Shown here one piece after another: positions 38,190 to 50,716 of a DNA stretch of 64,000 nucleotides (position 1 is its first letter; each line of letters opens with the position of its first letter). The stretch is from Oikopleura dioica (Eukaryota > Animalia > Chordata). The position numbers were made by a program, and so were the translations under genes. Location of the stretch: contig OU015566.1 in assembly GCA_907165135.1 (NCBI GenBank), forward strand, positions 13,020,001-13,084,000. Direction: 5' to 3'. Below the pieces are notes generated by a model, which was not told where the DNA came from, made no database searches, and saw only the letters and a list, made by a program, of their open reading frames with translations.

Positions 38190-38454
38190 AATGTATAGTT
38201 TAATTACTAAGTTATTCACTTCCGGTAACAGAATTGTTCTTTAGTAAAACATGATAATCGTTAGTTGTTGATTAGTGAGTAGTACTCAGTAGATTAGTGA
38301 TTAGTGAGTACTAGAAAGTCGAAAATTTGACATTCTTGAACTTCAGCAAACCAAGCGCGTGGGTGTTGCAACTAGCCAATCAGAGAAAACAGCCGATTGG
38401 AATTTCTATAAGAATCTTTTCGACCTCGATCTTGGCCTTGGAAGCAAAATCAAC

Positions 38455-41400
38455 ATGGTCCGACGAATCGACAAGTTCCGTAAGTCCTCTTTTATCATCC
38501 GTATCTCCTCATTTACAATCCTTACGCTCTGTAAATGTAGTCCATGCCCTGAAGAAGGAAAAAGAGGAGGAAGAAGCTCAATTACTCGAGCTTCTCGCTG
38601 GAAATTCTTCGGCAAAACAGCTGCAGCGCGCTGGAAAAGCTTTGGCGAACCAAGTCGTTCAAGCAGTCAGAACTGGTCTTTTCGAACGAATGGTTGTCAC
38701 ATGCTCTCCTGCTCACGGAGGAGCCTTTCCAGCGACAGAAATCTCACATGGAAAACCCGTGATTCTGCGAATGCCAGACACGACTTACAGAGGCTTCGTT
38801 TTCTCCACCTCCGAAATGTCGGTCGATGTCTGCGTTGATGTCGGCGAGGATGGCGAAAAAATCGCAGTTGGAGATCGACTGGACATCATGCCAGCACCGG
38901 ACGATATCACTTACCGTCGAATGAAAGCAGCTTCAGAGGAAATGAAAAAAGTTATCGAGCAGAATTCAAGTAGAACTGTCGACATCATCTTTGGAGAGTC
39001 GCAGCCAGCGCCGCATGTGTCGACGGAGAGCTTTTTGAAGCCAAAAACGGATGTCAAGAACTTGAATAAAGAACAACTTGAAGCTGTGGGAGCTTCACTG
39101 GCGATTCAAGACTTAATGTGTCTTCATGGACCGCCTGGAACGGGAAAATCAACGACTGTAGCTGCCATTGTCGCCGAAGCTGCCCAGCGAGGAATCAAAA
39201 CTATAGGAACGAGTTTCGGATGAGAGAAAAAGGGGTTGAGAGTTACTTAACTTTGTTTTTGGGAACTTGTGATAAGTCACGTGTCCATCGAACGCAGCCG
39301 TCGATGCGCTTGTTGAGAAGCTGGCAAAAAGGCGTGAAGTGGTGGTCACGCGACTGGGGCATCCGGCCAGAACTTCACCACATTTACGGCAATACACACT
39401 TGAAGCGAAAATGGCTGATGTTGAGATGCTCAGGAACTGGACTGTGTATTCAGAATAAAGTATTCTAACATATAAAATTTTTTCAAGGGTCACTGTTTAT
39501 GCACTGACTTTACCGCAGGCACCATTTAAATGATGGTCATGGTTAGTTGATCTATTCAAAAGGCTTGTATTTATAAAATATATATTTCACTATCTAACAT
39601 TAGCAGTTATGGTGATTACCTCCAGTTAAGAGATCTCAAATCCGACATGTTCGCTGCCTCCGGTCGAGAACGAGGAACCCTCCGAAAAGAGCTCCGAGAT
39701 CGGGAGAAAAAGTGCTCTGCCGAAATTCTCAAAAACTCTCATGCTGTCATTGCTACATGCACTGTTGTTGGAATGAAATCCATCCTCGATGTTATTGATG
39801 ATCCAGATCATTTTGGCCTTGCGATTGTTGATGAAGCCGGACAAGCAGTAGAGCCAGCAATTTATCCGATTCTTAGAAGATGTTCGAAGAAGTTGATTTT
39901 GGCGGGAGATCCAGCGCAGCTTCCACCAACGGTGATGTCAAAGGGTGCGTCGATTCTGACTAAGACGCTACTCGAAGACTTGATGACACGATTTCCGGCA
40001 AATACAGTCCTACTGAAGCGACAGTATCGAATGAATAAGATGATTTCTGACTGGGTGTCTGACAGTATGTACAATGGAGAACTAATTGCTGATGAGTCGG
40101 TCAAAGATCACACGCTTGCTGATTTATTACAGAATGTGACTGAAGTAGGAAAATTATCTGGAGCGGATTTTCTGGAAGATATCATCAGGTTGGTAATATA
40201 GAGATCTCGCATAAAATTGAAACAGCTGTTTTGCTCATGTGCGCTAGGAGTAGATTAGTTTATAGGATAAAATGGTTTGATCTTATAATGCTGATATTTA
40301 AATGAATTTTTCCACACTCTGACCATTCAAATACTAAAATGAAGGCATTTGAGATAAATACTATTTTTGAGATTGTTAAAAAATGAAATACTATTTTTAT
40401 AAAATGGAAAACTCTATCTTTGTTTAGAATTTTCATCATAACAGTGTGGTCTGTGAAACAGTTTTCTTAATAAATTCCTCACAAAATGCTTAGCTCACCG
40501 TTGACTTTAATCGACACAGTCGGCAGTAATATGGACGAAGATCAATTCAGCGAAGACCAATCCAAGGTCCTAGGTTGTCAATCAATTGAACTTTTTCCAA
40601 AGCTGATCCCAAAAGGTCGCGACGCGAAACACGCGAATTTCGCTCTATAATTAGCTTCGTTTTCCATTCTGAGTCGCTAAGACAGGAATCTACCATTGAG
40701 AACCTTTTGAAAGTCAAATCCAGGGGAAGCTCTTTTAGCGACTCTGACCACGAAGCTTTTGATAAGCGCGGGGATCAAGGCAAAGAATATTGCGATAATT
40801 TCTCCGTATGTTGCACAAGTTCAACTCATTGCCAAGCTTGTTGGCCCTTCTGTGTCGGTCAGGACTGTCGATGGATATCAAGGAGGAGAAGCAGAAGTAG
40901 TCATTCTCTCCTTGGTTCGATCCAATTCTGATGGAACGACCGGTTTCTTATCGGACAAAAGACGACTGAACGTCGCGGTGTCCCGTGCTAGAAGAAGCTG
41001 TATTATTATTGGTGATAGTGGGACAGTAACGAGGGATAGTTTTATCGAAAAGATGTTCGAGTACTTTGGCGAAAACGCGACTCTCATAAGTCCAAATCAA
41101 TTTCAGGAACGAGGTTCAACTTGCAAGTAATTTTCATCCTCTTCCATGATTTCAATGGTTGCATCTCCGAAAAGACCTGTGAAGAATATGAGAGCATTGC
41201 CGAATCAGCAGGCTTTTCAGCTGGGAAAAAGATCCCTGTTCATTCTCATGCAGTAGAAATAGAAGCGTCAGTACCAGAACCAAAGCGACCAAAAAAGCCT
41301 GCAGAAGGGCAAAAAAGTGATCCAAAACCGAAAAACGCACCAAAAAGCAAGCTTGAAAAACGACTGGAAAAGCAGGTGCAAGAAGCACAAAACAAACCGT

Positions 41401-42388
41401 CTGTCAACGAAATGATTTCCGAAAGCGTCAAAGAAGCTGTGCCAACTCTTTCGAAGCCATTTTCTGAGCTGAAAATTGAAGAACCGGAGCAAGGAAAATG
41501 CCCAGATTGCAATAAAGCAATGCCAGTTTCAAATCTAGAGCTCCATCAAATTCACTGTGCTCGACTGAGACGAATGCGGCCAGAACCAGTGGAAAACGAC
41601 AAGCCAGAGAAAGAGAAAATGAAGAAGCAAAAGAAGGTTCACCAAAGAAGCGGATCATCAATTTTAGGCGGATTTTATGTATCAAGTTCAATCCCTCTTG
41701 ATCCGTTTTGGTAGAATAACAAAGAACACGAAAGACCCCGCGCTAGAAAAAGACTACGATGATGACGATGCTCTTTTGGCAGCCGCAATGGCGTCAGGAA
41801 AGGGGCTCTATTTGAATTTCAAATTGCAAAAGTAAAATATGTTCCCTTGCAATTGAGCTCCTTGAAAAAAGCTGGACAATGCGCATTTGGAACTTGCACC
41901 GTTTCTGTTAGAGTAATGCCTTTTGCTTGTTCAACTTGCTCAAAGCACTTTTGCGGCACTCATAAATTTCCGGAAAGTCATGGATGTAAAAGTATACCGA
42001 TGAATCAGCGAAAGGGAAGCTCGTCTTCCTATAATTTGAAGGTAAAAAACTAGTTGAAGGTTGACTACCGGAGAAAGAAAAATAAATCATGATTATCAAA
42101 AATGGTTCGGACTAAGAGTACTTTTTTGTCAACTCAGTAGCGCCTACAGTAGATAAAATGAGCGATAATCATGGATTGATCTCTCAGTATATAAGAAAAT
42201 TTGATTGGGATATTTTCATTCGTGCTAAGTTAAAATGAAGCGATTAGTTGAACAATATATTGAAACTCGAATTCTGTATCTAATATATATTTTTTTTATA
42301 GCAAAAACAACTGAAGAACAAGCTCGGTTCAAAACTGAAAGACATGGAAAAAGGCAGACAAGCTACAAAAAAGACCAAGAAGAAATAA
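38455..42388 (+). CDS. IGHMBP2: SF1 UPF1-like helicase IGHMBP2/SMUBP-2 orthologue with C-terminal AN1 zinc finger
   Basis: GPPGTGKS Walker A, TCPSNAAVD, IVDEAGQA, LAGDPAQLPP, QYRMN, ISPYVAQV, TVDGYQGGE, RRLNVAVSRAR; AN1 finger CAFGTC...CSTCSKHFCGTHKFPESHGC; C-terminus QKQLKNKLGSKLKDM...KKK*. Confidence 0.93.
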
Positions 42389-42615
42389 AATTCTGCTGTC
42401 TTTATTTTTTTGCTTTCAACTTAAAAACAGAAGTGAATAAAACGAATTGAAAACGATAGAAGTCATGTAAAATCACGTCTAAAAATGTGCCGCGGATTAA
42501 TTGCATGCGAGTTTGTTCATGAGATAAGCTCGGCGGCTCACGAAGAGGGGTACAATTACCCCGCACGATGGCGCTACGCTTATCAGTTTATCGGTTTTTT
42601 GTTGCTCAGTCGGAA

Positions 42616-45600
42616 ATGAGCAGCGAGAGAGAAAGGCGCAAGAGTTTCAATTTTGCCATGTCCCAGGCGGGCACTCAGTACGACACGCTTTCTTACGCAG
42701 ATACCAGGTAAAATAGAGATCACCAGCTGTTTCCTCCAATACCAGTAGATCCGTGGTCAGCTCTTCTGTCTTCAACGACTGGTCATCCGCGGAGGATACT
42801 CACGTGACGAGTTCTAGCGCGCAGATTTCACGGCCGCCGCGCGCCCCCTCTGAATTTCAATCCGTTCACGACTTTGACAACAACGAAGAGAACGATTATG
42901 GATCCGTGAATTTTAACGCCAGGCAAAATGTGAATCCAGTAAGTAGGGACCCTACAACGCGGTTTTTAATGGAGAAAATGGAGGCCTCATAATGAAATTC
43001 ATTCGTTTCTGTTTCTATTTTTGAAATTGCTCTCTTATTAAAATGCCAGCTCTCAATTTTTCTCACGTTCAAAAATTCAATCTTCGTGTCTGCTCCCCAG
43101 TCCCTTTTTTCGCGTTGCTGAAATTTTATGATAATCTATTCCAGCCGTACTTCCGAAACTCGCTAATAACTCAAAATACTCCTAAGCTGTTTTTGCCAAA
43201 TTGGCAAGATAGCGGTTTTTCTACACGTTTATGCTTTTTTACAAGCGCCCTACTTAATTTTAGCTGAAGCAAGTGGTTTTGGGAAGTGCTCTAGAAATGA
43301 GTGCATAACTAGCACGTTGTTGAGTAAAAACCAGGCGAGTGATCTTATCATCGAATCGGCTTATCTGCTCGATAACTAGTCGGTGCCTGAAGAGCGCTAG
43401 AATTCAGAAGAATGGTCTAACAACTTTTCTTTGTTTTGAGATACTCGTGCGGCACGTAAATCCTCTCAAAAGTTACGATAGCCATTATTAATAGTCTCTC
43501 CTCTAAACATACTATCTGTGGGTTTTCCCATTGATCCAGAATGATATTAATCTGCCCAATGTTTCCTACCTCTAGAACTCAATCAGGGACCTGACCAGTG
43601 GAATGAAGCCAGTAGAACAATAAATTGAGGGCAGTAGACTTTGTGTAAGAGTAGCAGTTCTAACAATATTTAGGCCTCCATTTTTATCAGTTCCGTAGCG
43701 GGAAACATTCGATCACCTTTTATAAACAGCTTTCATCTCAGATCAAGACGACCTTCCGAGTTCGAAAATGACTGTTTTAGAGGTCATTCTATGGATTTTT
43801 TCGAAGTCCAGTTTTTTACTAGAGAGAAAACTCTTCCGAATCGACTCTCTAAAGAGCCCTTTAGAATCCAGTATAACGAGACAGTAAAAAAACACCAAAA
43901 AGACTTGTCCAGAAACCGCCAAACAAAAACCTTGTATTTTTTTTCGTCGTCTGACCTTTTTTAAAACAGCAAAATAGATTTGAAATTGAAAGTGTATTTT
44001 TTGCACGTCATTTTTTTGGAGGACCAAAAACAGCATTAAAACTTTGCAAAATAAATGTGACCGAATAAGTGGCGCAATTAGACGCGCCACAAAAGCTGAC
44101 TTTGTGGAATTATCAAGAGAAAGCGGCAATGTTTTGCAACTACACGATATTTGTTTACGCCGCGGTTGAAAGAGGTTAGAGCCAGGGCTCTATCGCGGAA
44201 TCTGTTTGTCGACGCGCGTGTTCCATCCCAGCATCGTAAACGCAAAATCAAAGGCTAATTTAGCGCAGATTTTATTTATCAAACGTGATCTGAATTTTGA
44301 TAAAGAGAGCTAGAATTCAATCAAGAGGTATTTTCACGAAGCTGATTCGAAGATTGTAGAAATTTTCGATTGGAAACCAGATTTTACATTGTGATACCCT
44401 TAAATTATTGCAGCGAAGTTTTAATATTATATTATATACCTCAGGGGGTTTTTATTTGGGACGGTGTCTGGAACCGACAAAAAATTTCGACAAATTTTGC
44501 GTGGGCAGCTACTCGGCTGCTGACTGGCCGCTTAGCCGAATCCAGGCCCCTGATTGGTTGAAAATTTCCACGCGAAATTTGTCGAAATTTTTTTGTCGGT
44601 TCCAGACACCTCCCCCTTTATTTTAACAAATATCCGGATTAGGCTTATGAATCATAACTTATGATTGATAAATTCTGATAAATTTCTGAAAGTTTCGTCT
44701 GAAATACTCAATAACAAGAAAGAACCAGGTGGTATCACTTTGTTAACTCTACGACAAGAGTCTAATTAAAAATCGCACTTACGATGTTTGCCCTAATCAT
44801 AATAATGGAGAAATAGGATCATCTACCGTAAATACCGTATAAAACAGCACTCGTGACATTTTGAAACAGAGAAAGTGTCGTAAAGTAATTATTTTGGCAG
44901 AGTGGTGCTTGTAATCACGTTGCGAAAGCTATCCCCGTTTGTTTTTAAAATTATCGTCTTACAGGGTTTTTTTCGTGTTGTGGTATTTGAAGTAAAGTTT
45001 TGTCTTTTAAGCGCTCTGGGCGGCCATCCTCAAGACCGAGTGAAGGAAAGGATAAACAGATTTGACAGTTGAGACTAACTAAAATTGACCTGTTCAAGTG
45101 ACCTTGAGGCACAGAATTTCAGTTGCGTTTTCGGCCACAGAAATATTTCTGGGTTCGGTGACTCAGGTTTTCTACACAGGTTGCCACGCCCAGAAGCAGT
45201 TCTATTAAAAATAGTATGTTCATCCTTTTTAAAGCCATGTGGTCTGGCATATGGAGTGGCCTCACCAGTCTTTCGCAGGTAAATCCCCAATTAACACCTC
45301 CACCACTCGAGTTACCAACTCTGGCGTAATATGGAAGTCCATATCACGTCGCGTAGAAATCAATACTAATACCGTACTTACACTAATGAAGAAGAAGAAG
45401 GCTGGAAATGATGCTGCTAATCAAAACCGGAAAGCGCAGATTTCCCGAAAGCAGCAGAAATTTATCAAACCAGGAGAGAGAGGATTACTCGACTCTGGCT
45501 CGTCCTGGGAGTCTAATTCGTCAGGTAATCGAGAAAAATTCCGATGACTTTGGCTTTGAAATTTCCTTCTGAACACATAGAATCTGAATTATCAGAAATT

Positions 45601-45729
45601 CTTCGGAAATTCTTCATTTTTCTTTGGAATTCTTGTTATCAATTTTTTATGAACTTTCTTTTCTCTTTTTCTAGCTGGCTCAGTTCTTCGTGGTGTTGCT
45701 CCACCAACCGGTGTTCATACAAGGAACGG
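42616..45729 (+). CDS. Putative multi-exon low-complexity protein (partial model)
   Basis: Exons 42616-42707 and 42746-42939 join in frame across a 38-nt GT-AG intron. Further coding-like exons near 45300-45524 and 45675-45743; linkage and end unresolved. Confidence 0.35.
44458..44615. mobile_element. MITE family B copy
   Basis: Same sequence as other B copies; TSD TTTTATTT / CTTTATTT (1 mismatch). Confidence 0.9.
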
Positions 45730-47145
45730 AGTTTACGAATTGGTATATTATCAAATTTATACTTTACTGATAAGCGCCCAGTGATAAAAAGTGGATAAGC
45801 GCGAAATATCATGGTTTAAAAAACAAGATGTAAAATTCTGTGCGAAGGAAAGATTACCGTGAACCATGTCAACTCGTCGGAACACAAAGTTAAGGGTCCT
45901 CCACTTGGAGACCAGACAGGATCTTGTCTCTCTCGGCTTACATACTCTATCACTTTCCGGAAATGAAGTTGTATAATGCAATTTAAAATGTCTAAACCAG
46001 AGAAGGCGTAGACAATCGTCAACGCAATTTTCTGGCAAACTATTTTCCCTGAGCTAACATAGTGATCCCCTTAAAATTCCCTTAAATTTTCGTTTGAAAT
46101 CTTCAGAAGATAAGTTGAACCCTTCAAAAGTCAAAAGTCCTTCCGCCAAGCTCCTGGACAAGATTCCTGGACAACTGTAACAGCTACACAATCATCGAAT
46201 TCCCTGACAAATTCCGCGTCTCTCAGGAATGGCTCGTTCTATCACCAACTGTATAATTCCAAGCTCCTTTCAATTTCCCCGCCGCCCTCTTTTTATAACC
46301 AGCATAAATATTATTCCCACTGTTTTCAGGCGAAACAGGCATAATCAATCCAAAAGCAATGTTTTCCTGCATTGCGAAAAAAAAAGCCTTTCAAAGAACG
46401 AATTCGTTTACGAATTCAAGCTCCAATTTTTCAAATGCATCGTCGAATTATTTGGTCGGCCCGACGCGTTTTCGGGATCAGCTTTATCAGCGACATGTTT
46501 GTTGAAAATCGAGCATGAAAAGACGGAGAAAAAAAGAACTAAGATGCATGAATTTATACAGCGATTTTTTAGATTTGGTGTTAAGGGTGTCTCTCTGTTA
46601 AAAATAATCGCTTTTAACTTGACTTCTTTAGGCGACCATGGACCGATCATACACCGACGTGGACCAAAGCGCCAGGTAAGGCTCACCTCCTTCCAACCTC
46701 ATGATTATTTTTCTGGGTCACTGAATTTACACTCACTCTCTCTTATCGCCCAGTCTGAGTCTTACGAAAAAAGGCCGCTGCTCTTCTTTATTCACAAAAT
46801 AATTGTCCTTGACATCCTCGGTGACAGGTCGTGTTGTGTTTGTTTCCAAAGGACCGTTTCTTTTTAAACTGATTTGTCGAACTTGGGGAGTTCAGTTTTA
46901 CTCAACACCGGAAATCATTAAAAACCCCGTCCGGAAATCCTCCGACCACGAGATTTAAATTCCAAAAGAGCCTCTTTGAAGGGCTTCCAATCTCAAATCC
47001 GTTTGATCGAATATAAACGATTATTGGAAGGTCAAGCTTTAATCCACATCAAACATCATCATGTGCTATAAATTACGGCTGGAAATACAGACTGTAATTT
47101 GCAGCTTGGTAATCATACAGTAATGGTTTGGGGGAGAAAACTGTA

Positions 47146-47234
47146 AGTGACAGTGTATTGGATGGGTATTATTCGTAAAATGTGCACTAATGATAGAGTT
47201 TTACGTGACCAGTCCGTCGCTGCAGGTGCTTATC
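47146..47234 (+). repeat. 89-bp direct repeat, left copy
   Basis: AGTGACAGTGTATTGG...GCAGGTGCTTATC, identical by eye to 49070-49158. Confidence 0.95.
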
Positions 47235-49069
47235 GATTCGGCTTCATTATATCCACAAGCTTCATTTTATCCAAAGCTTCATTGTATCCAAATACTTCAT
47301 TTGATCCAATTTTTTTTTGGGATATAATGAAGCAATTGGATCAAATGATGCTTTCGGATAAAATGAAGCCCAATTTTCAAAAAATTCGGAAGTTGGATAA
47401 AATGAAGCCTTTGTATAAAATGAAGTCATTGGATAGGATGAAGTTTTGGATAAAATGAAGTCAATGAATAGAATGAAGTCACTATTTTTTCGAATGAAAA
47501 AAATGGATAAAATGAATCAAATGGATAAAATGAAGCCGTGTTTTTTAAAGAGTAGATAACAAAGCTCGACTGGTCTTTGCCTTGAAATACTTCTCGACCC
47601 CCCTCTCAGAAATTTTTTCGAAAAATTTTTTTTTCTAAATTCTTTTTAGATTCATTTTCAACAATAATAATGAATCATCAATCATGAATTCATTATTTCG
47701 TTTTCTATGATAAGGCTGATCGAAAAATTTCATCAGACCAACAATCTTATCTTTCACCGAATATTGCAATGCAAAATATTGAGATACAGTTAGATTTCTT
47801 ATTTCCGGACTGATTTTGTCCCCTTGTTTCTGAAAAAAATCCGGTAGTTCGGCCACTATCTTAAAAATTATGCATCATCAAGCATATTTAAAATTCTATG
47901 GATGGTACAGATAGACAGTCGCTTGTATGTCTTGAAGCGGTTTTACGTTGAACAACGGCTTAGATTGCGGTTTTTGCCTTATATATAAAGGAATCAACCA
48001 AGAAGCGTAGGCCACCATTTTTAAAGGTCGAGTCGGGTCACTTTAAAATGGCTAGAATCATGGTCGGGTCGGGTCTTGTAGAGTCGGCCATTTTTGTAAT
48101 AAGAAAAGTTGGGTCAATTAATTTTATTGGGTTTATAAAACTTTCGCTAGAAAGGCAAATTATTCAATTTTTTAGTAATTTTTGATTTTTAAAATCGGAT
48201 CTAAGCTAGCTGGGCTGAGCTAACCTCTCCCCAAAAAACGGGTGTAGGGCGGCGACGGTACAAATTTGTAACGGCGGTACAAATTTGCCAAAAATTAAAT
48301 CAAAGAATCAGTGTGCGCTTCGCGCTAGAATTGAAGAAAACTCCTTCAGGTATACCTGAGGTGGAGTTCTGTCCAAAAGTGAGCATTAAAGGGGGTATAA
48401 ATCGGTTTTTATTGTCAAAAAATTACGATTTTTTGGACCAGCGGTACAAAATTTGTACTCGCGGTACAAAGTCCAATTTTGTAACGCGGTTAAACAAACC
48501 CCCAAAACCTTTATCCAGAAAGTGCTCACTCTCATCGATACTTTAAATACTTTTCCCAGGTCGGGGTCCGTTGGTGTATGTTCGCTTGGTCGGTTTGAGA
48601 TTGTTTATTACAAAAATTGAAAAAAAATTTCTGCAAAATATAATTTTTAATCATGGGGTGTTTCTTTGAAGACGTCATTTATTTGATCGGTCTCTGAGAC
48701 ATTTTATCGAAATTTATATTCTCAAAAAATAATGCTTCACTTTATCCCGAAGCTTCATTTCATCCCAATAAGCACACGAGAAAAAATTTGTCTTCATTTT
48801 ATCCAGAGGCTTCATTTTATCCGAGGCATCATTCTATCCAAAGCATCATTTTATTCAAAAGCTTCATCTTATACAAAGTTTCATTTAATCCAATGACTTC
48901 ATTTTATCCAATTTCCGAATTTTTTGAAAATTGGGCTTCATTTTATCCGAAAGCATCATTTGATCCAATTGCTTCATTTTATCCAAAAAAATATTTGGAT
49001 CAAATGAAGTATTTGGATACAATGAAGCTTTGGATAAAATGAAGCTTTTGGATATAATGAAGCCGAATC
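47235..49069. mobile_element. 1835-bp foldback-like element with ~300-bp inverted arms made of ~16-bp units
   Basis: Ends GATTCGGCTTCATTATATCCA / TGGATATAATGAAGCCGAATC; arms built of GGATAAAATGAAGCTT-like units; no ORF inside. Confidence 0.9.
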
Positions 49070-49158
49070 AGTGACAGTGTATTGGATGGGTATTATTCGT
49101 AAAATGTGCACTAATGATAGAGTTTTACGTGACCAGTCCGTCGCTGCAGGTGCTTATC
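49070..49158 (+). repeat. 89-bp direct repeat, right copy
   Basis: Starts at the base immediately after the right TIR; identical to 47146-47234. Confidence 0.95.
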
Positions 49159-50552
49159 AGCAGACCGACGCTTATGAGACGAGAGCTATTTTATAAATTA
49201 GAGAGCATCAACTTGATAGATCTTCTCGCTCATCGAAAAATACTTTGTTAGCTTCGTAAATGATGAATTGTCAAAATGAGACACTTCCGAATCTTGAATC
49301 AGAAATTTTCCAATTTTTTATTGACAATTCTTTTAACAAATTTTTTTAGCTTAAAAATTTAACTAAAAAAAGGTTACTAAAGCTCGTAGTTCAACCAACG
49401 TTTGTGGAGATTATCGGATCGCTCGCGAATTCTAGCGCAAAGCAAATTTCGAAAGGCGTTACCTTGAATTAGGTTATCCAGGCCAAGAAGAAAGGCGCCT
49501 ATCAAAGAAAATCCGCAGTTCGTAGTTTTACATCACGCACAAATCGCATGGCTTTCAAAATGCAAATGGCGCGCTAGGTCGTGGCTTGGTCCAATCCACG
49601 ACGAATCGTAATTCTAGTGCCGCTCTAACGGAACCGTCTCCTGGGGACAAACGCCAGTCAGTCTCTGGCTCAAGCATTGCATCAGAAAATAAATGTCATT
49701 CTTATCAACCAAAAAGCTATTCAACTAAAATTTTTTAGAAAAAAATCTAATTTTCATGAAATATTTTCAAATTTCTTAAAAATTAGACAGCATTTTATTT
49801 TGTGACACCTTTTAAAGTCCCAAGAAAAATAGTGGGATAAGTTTGTGGCCAAAATAATTTTGCATGGGACCAGAAAAAAAAGAACGCGATTCGCTTTGAA
49901 ATTGAATAAATTAGTGGAAGTTGTGGTTGTATACTTATCGAGAGGAAAGAAATAAGAGCATAATACTATTATTAATCCATAATTTTTTAATGCAAATAAT
50001 ATTTTTTTTTTGACTAAGAGAGCACGAAGATATCGATAATTTATTTTCCTCATAAATAATACGAAATTCTTTATACAAAACCGTCTTTTTTTGTCGGAGG
50101 TTACTTTTAAATCCGATTAAACTTTCCTCTGTCTAACCAAAAATATGCAGCCGGAGCTGAGTAATTAGCTCTTAGGATCCTAAACAGCGATCTAAGTAGA
50201 GTAGTCAAACGAGAGATTTTTTCTTTGCGGTAAGTCGGTAAGCAAGTCTGTTCGCCAAAATAGTTTAGCAGCGCATTTTAGCAGGCAGCATTCTCCACAA
50301 AACGCTGCAGCAGCTCAAGCATTATCGCTAAGGGTATCGTGCTCAACGGTGCACGCACGTAATTAAGGACAATGTGGCCGTACCAATAGCATTAGATCAC
50401 TCCGAAGCAGTTTAGAAATTCTGCTGAGGCGCGCAATCCAAATTGACGAGGACTTGATTTATCAGCGCGAAGCTAGAAAATAAAAGGTTAAATTTTGAAT
50501 TACAAACTTTTAACAGGCCCAAGAATTTTTGAACGAATTTTATCTTCTATTT

Positions 50553-50716
50553 TGGCTTGGCAACCTGTGTAGAAAACCTGACTTAAGTTCTAGACTCTAG
50601 AATCTAGAGATGTGGAATTAAAAGCCGCGTAGCGGCTCTTTTAAAAACGAAGCCGCGAAGCGGCTTCGCCAGTATAAATATTTAGGTTGAAATACCTGAC
50701 TCAGGTTTTCTACACC
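50553..50716. mobile_element. MITE family A copy
   Basis: GGCAACCTGTGTAGAAAACCTGAC ... two AAGCCGC-N3-GCGGCT palindromes ... CCTGACTCAGGTTTTCTACAC. Confidence 0.8.

Noticed and set aside
46229-46867. 212-aa ORF
   Set aside because: No motif, composition like translated non-coding DNA, no supporting splice structure
47147-49042. ORFs 47147-47458 and 48788-49042; likewise 7096-7359, 8581-8844 and 44370-44626
   Set aside because: Translations of repeat or MITE sequence; no transposase motifs
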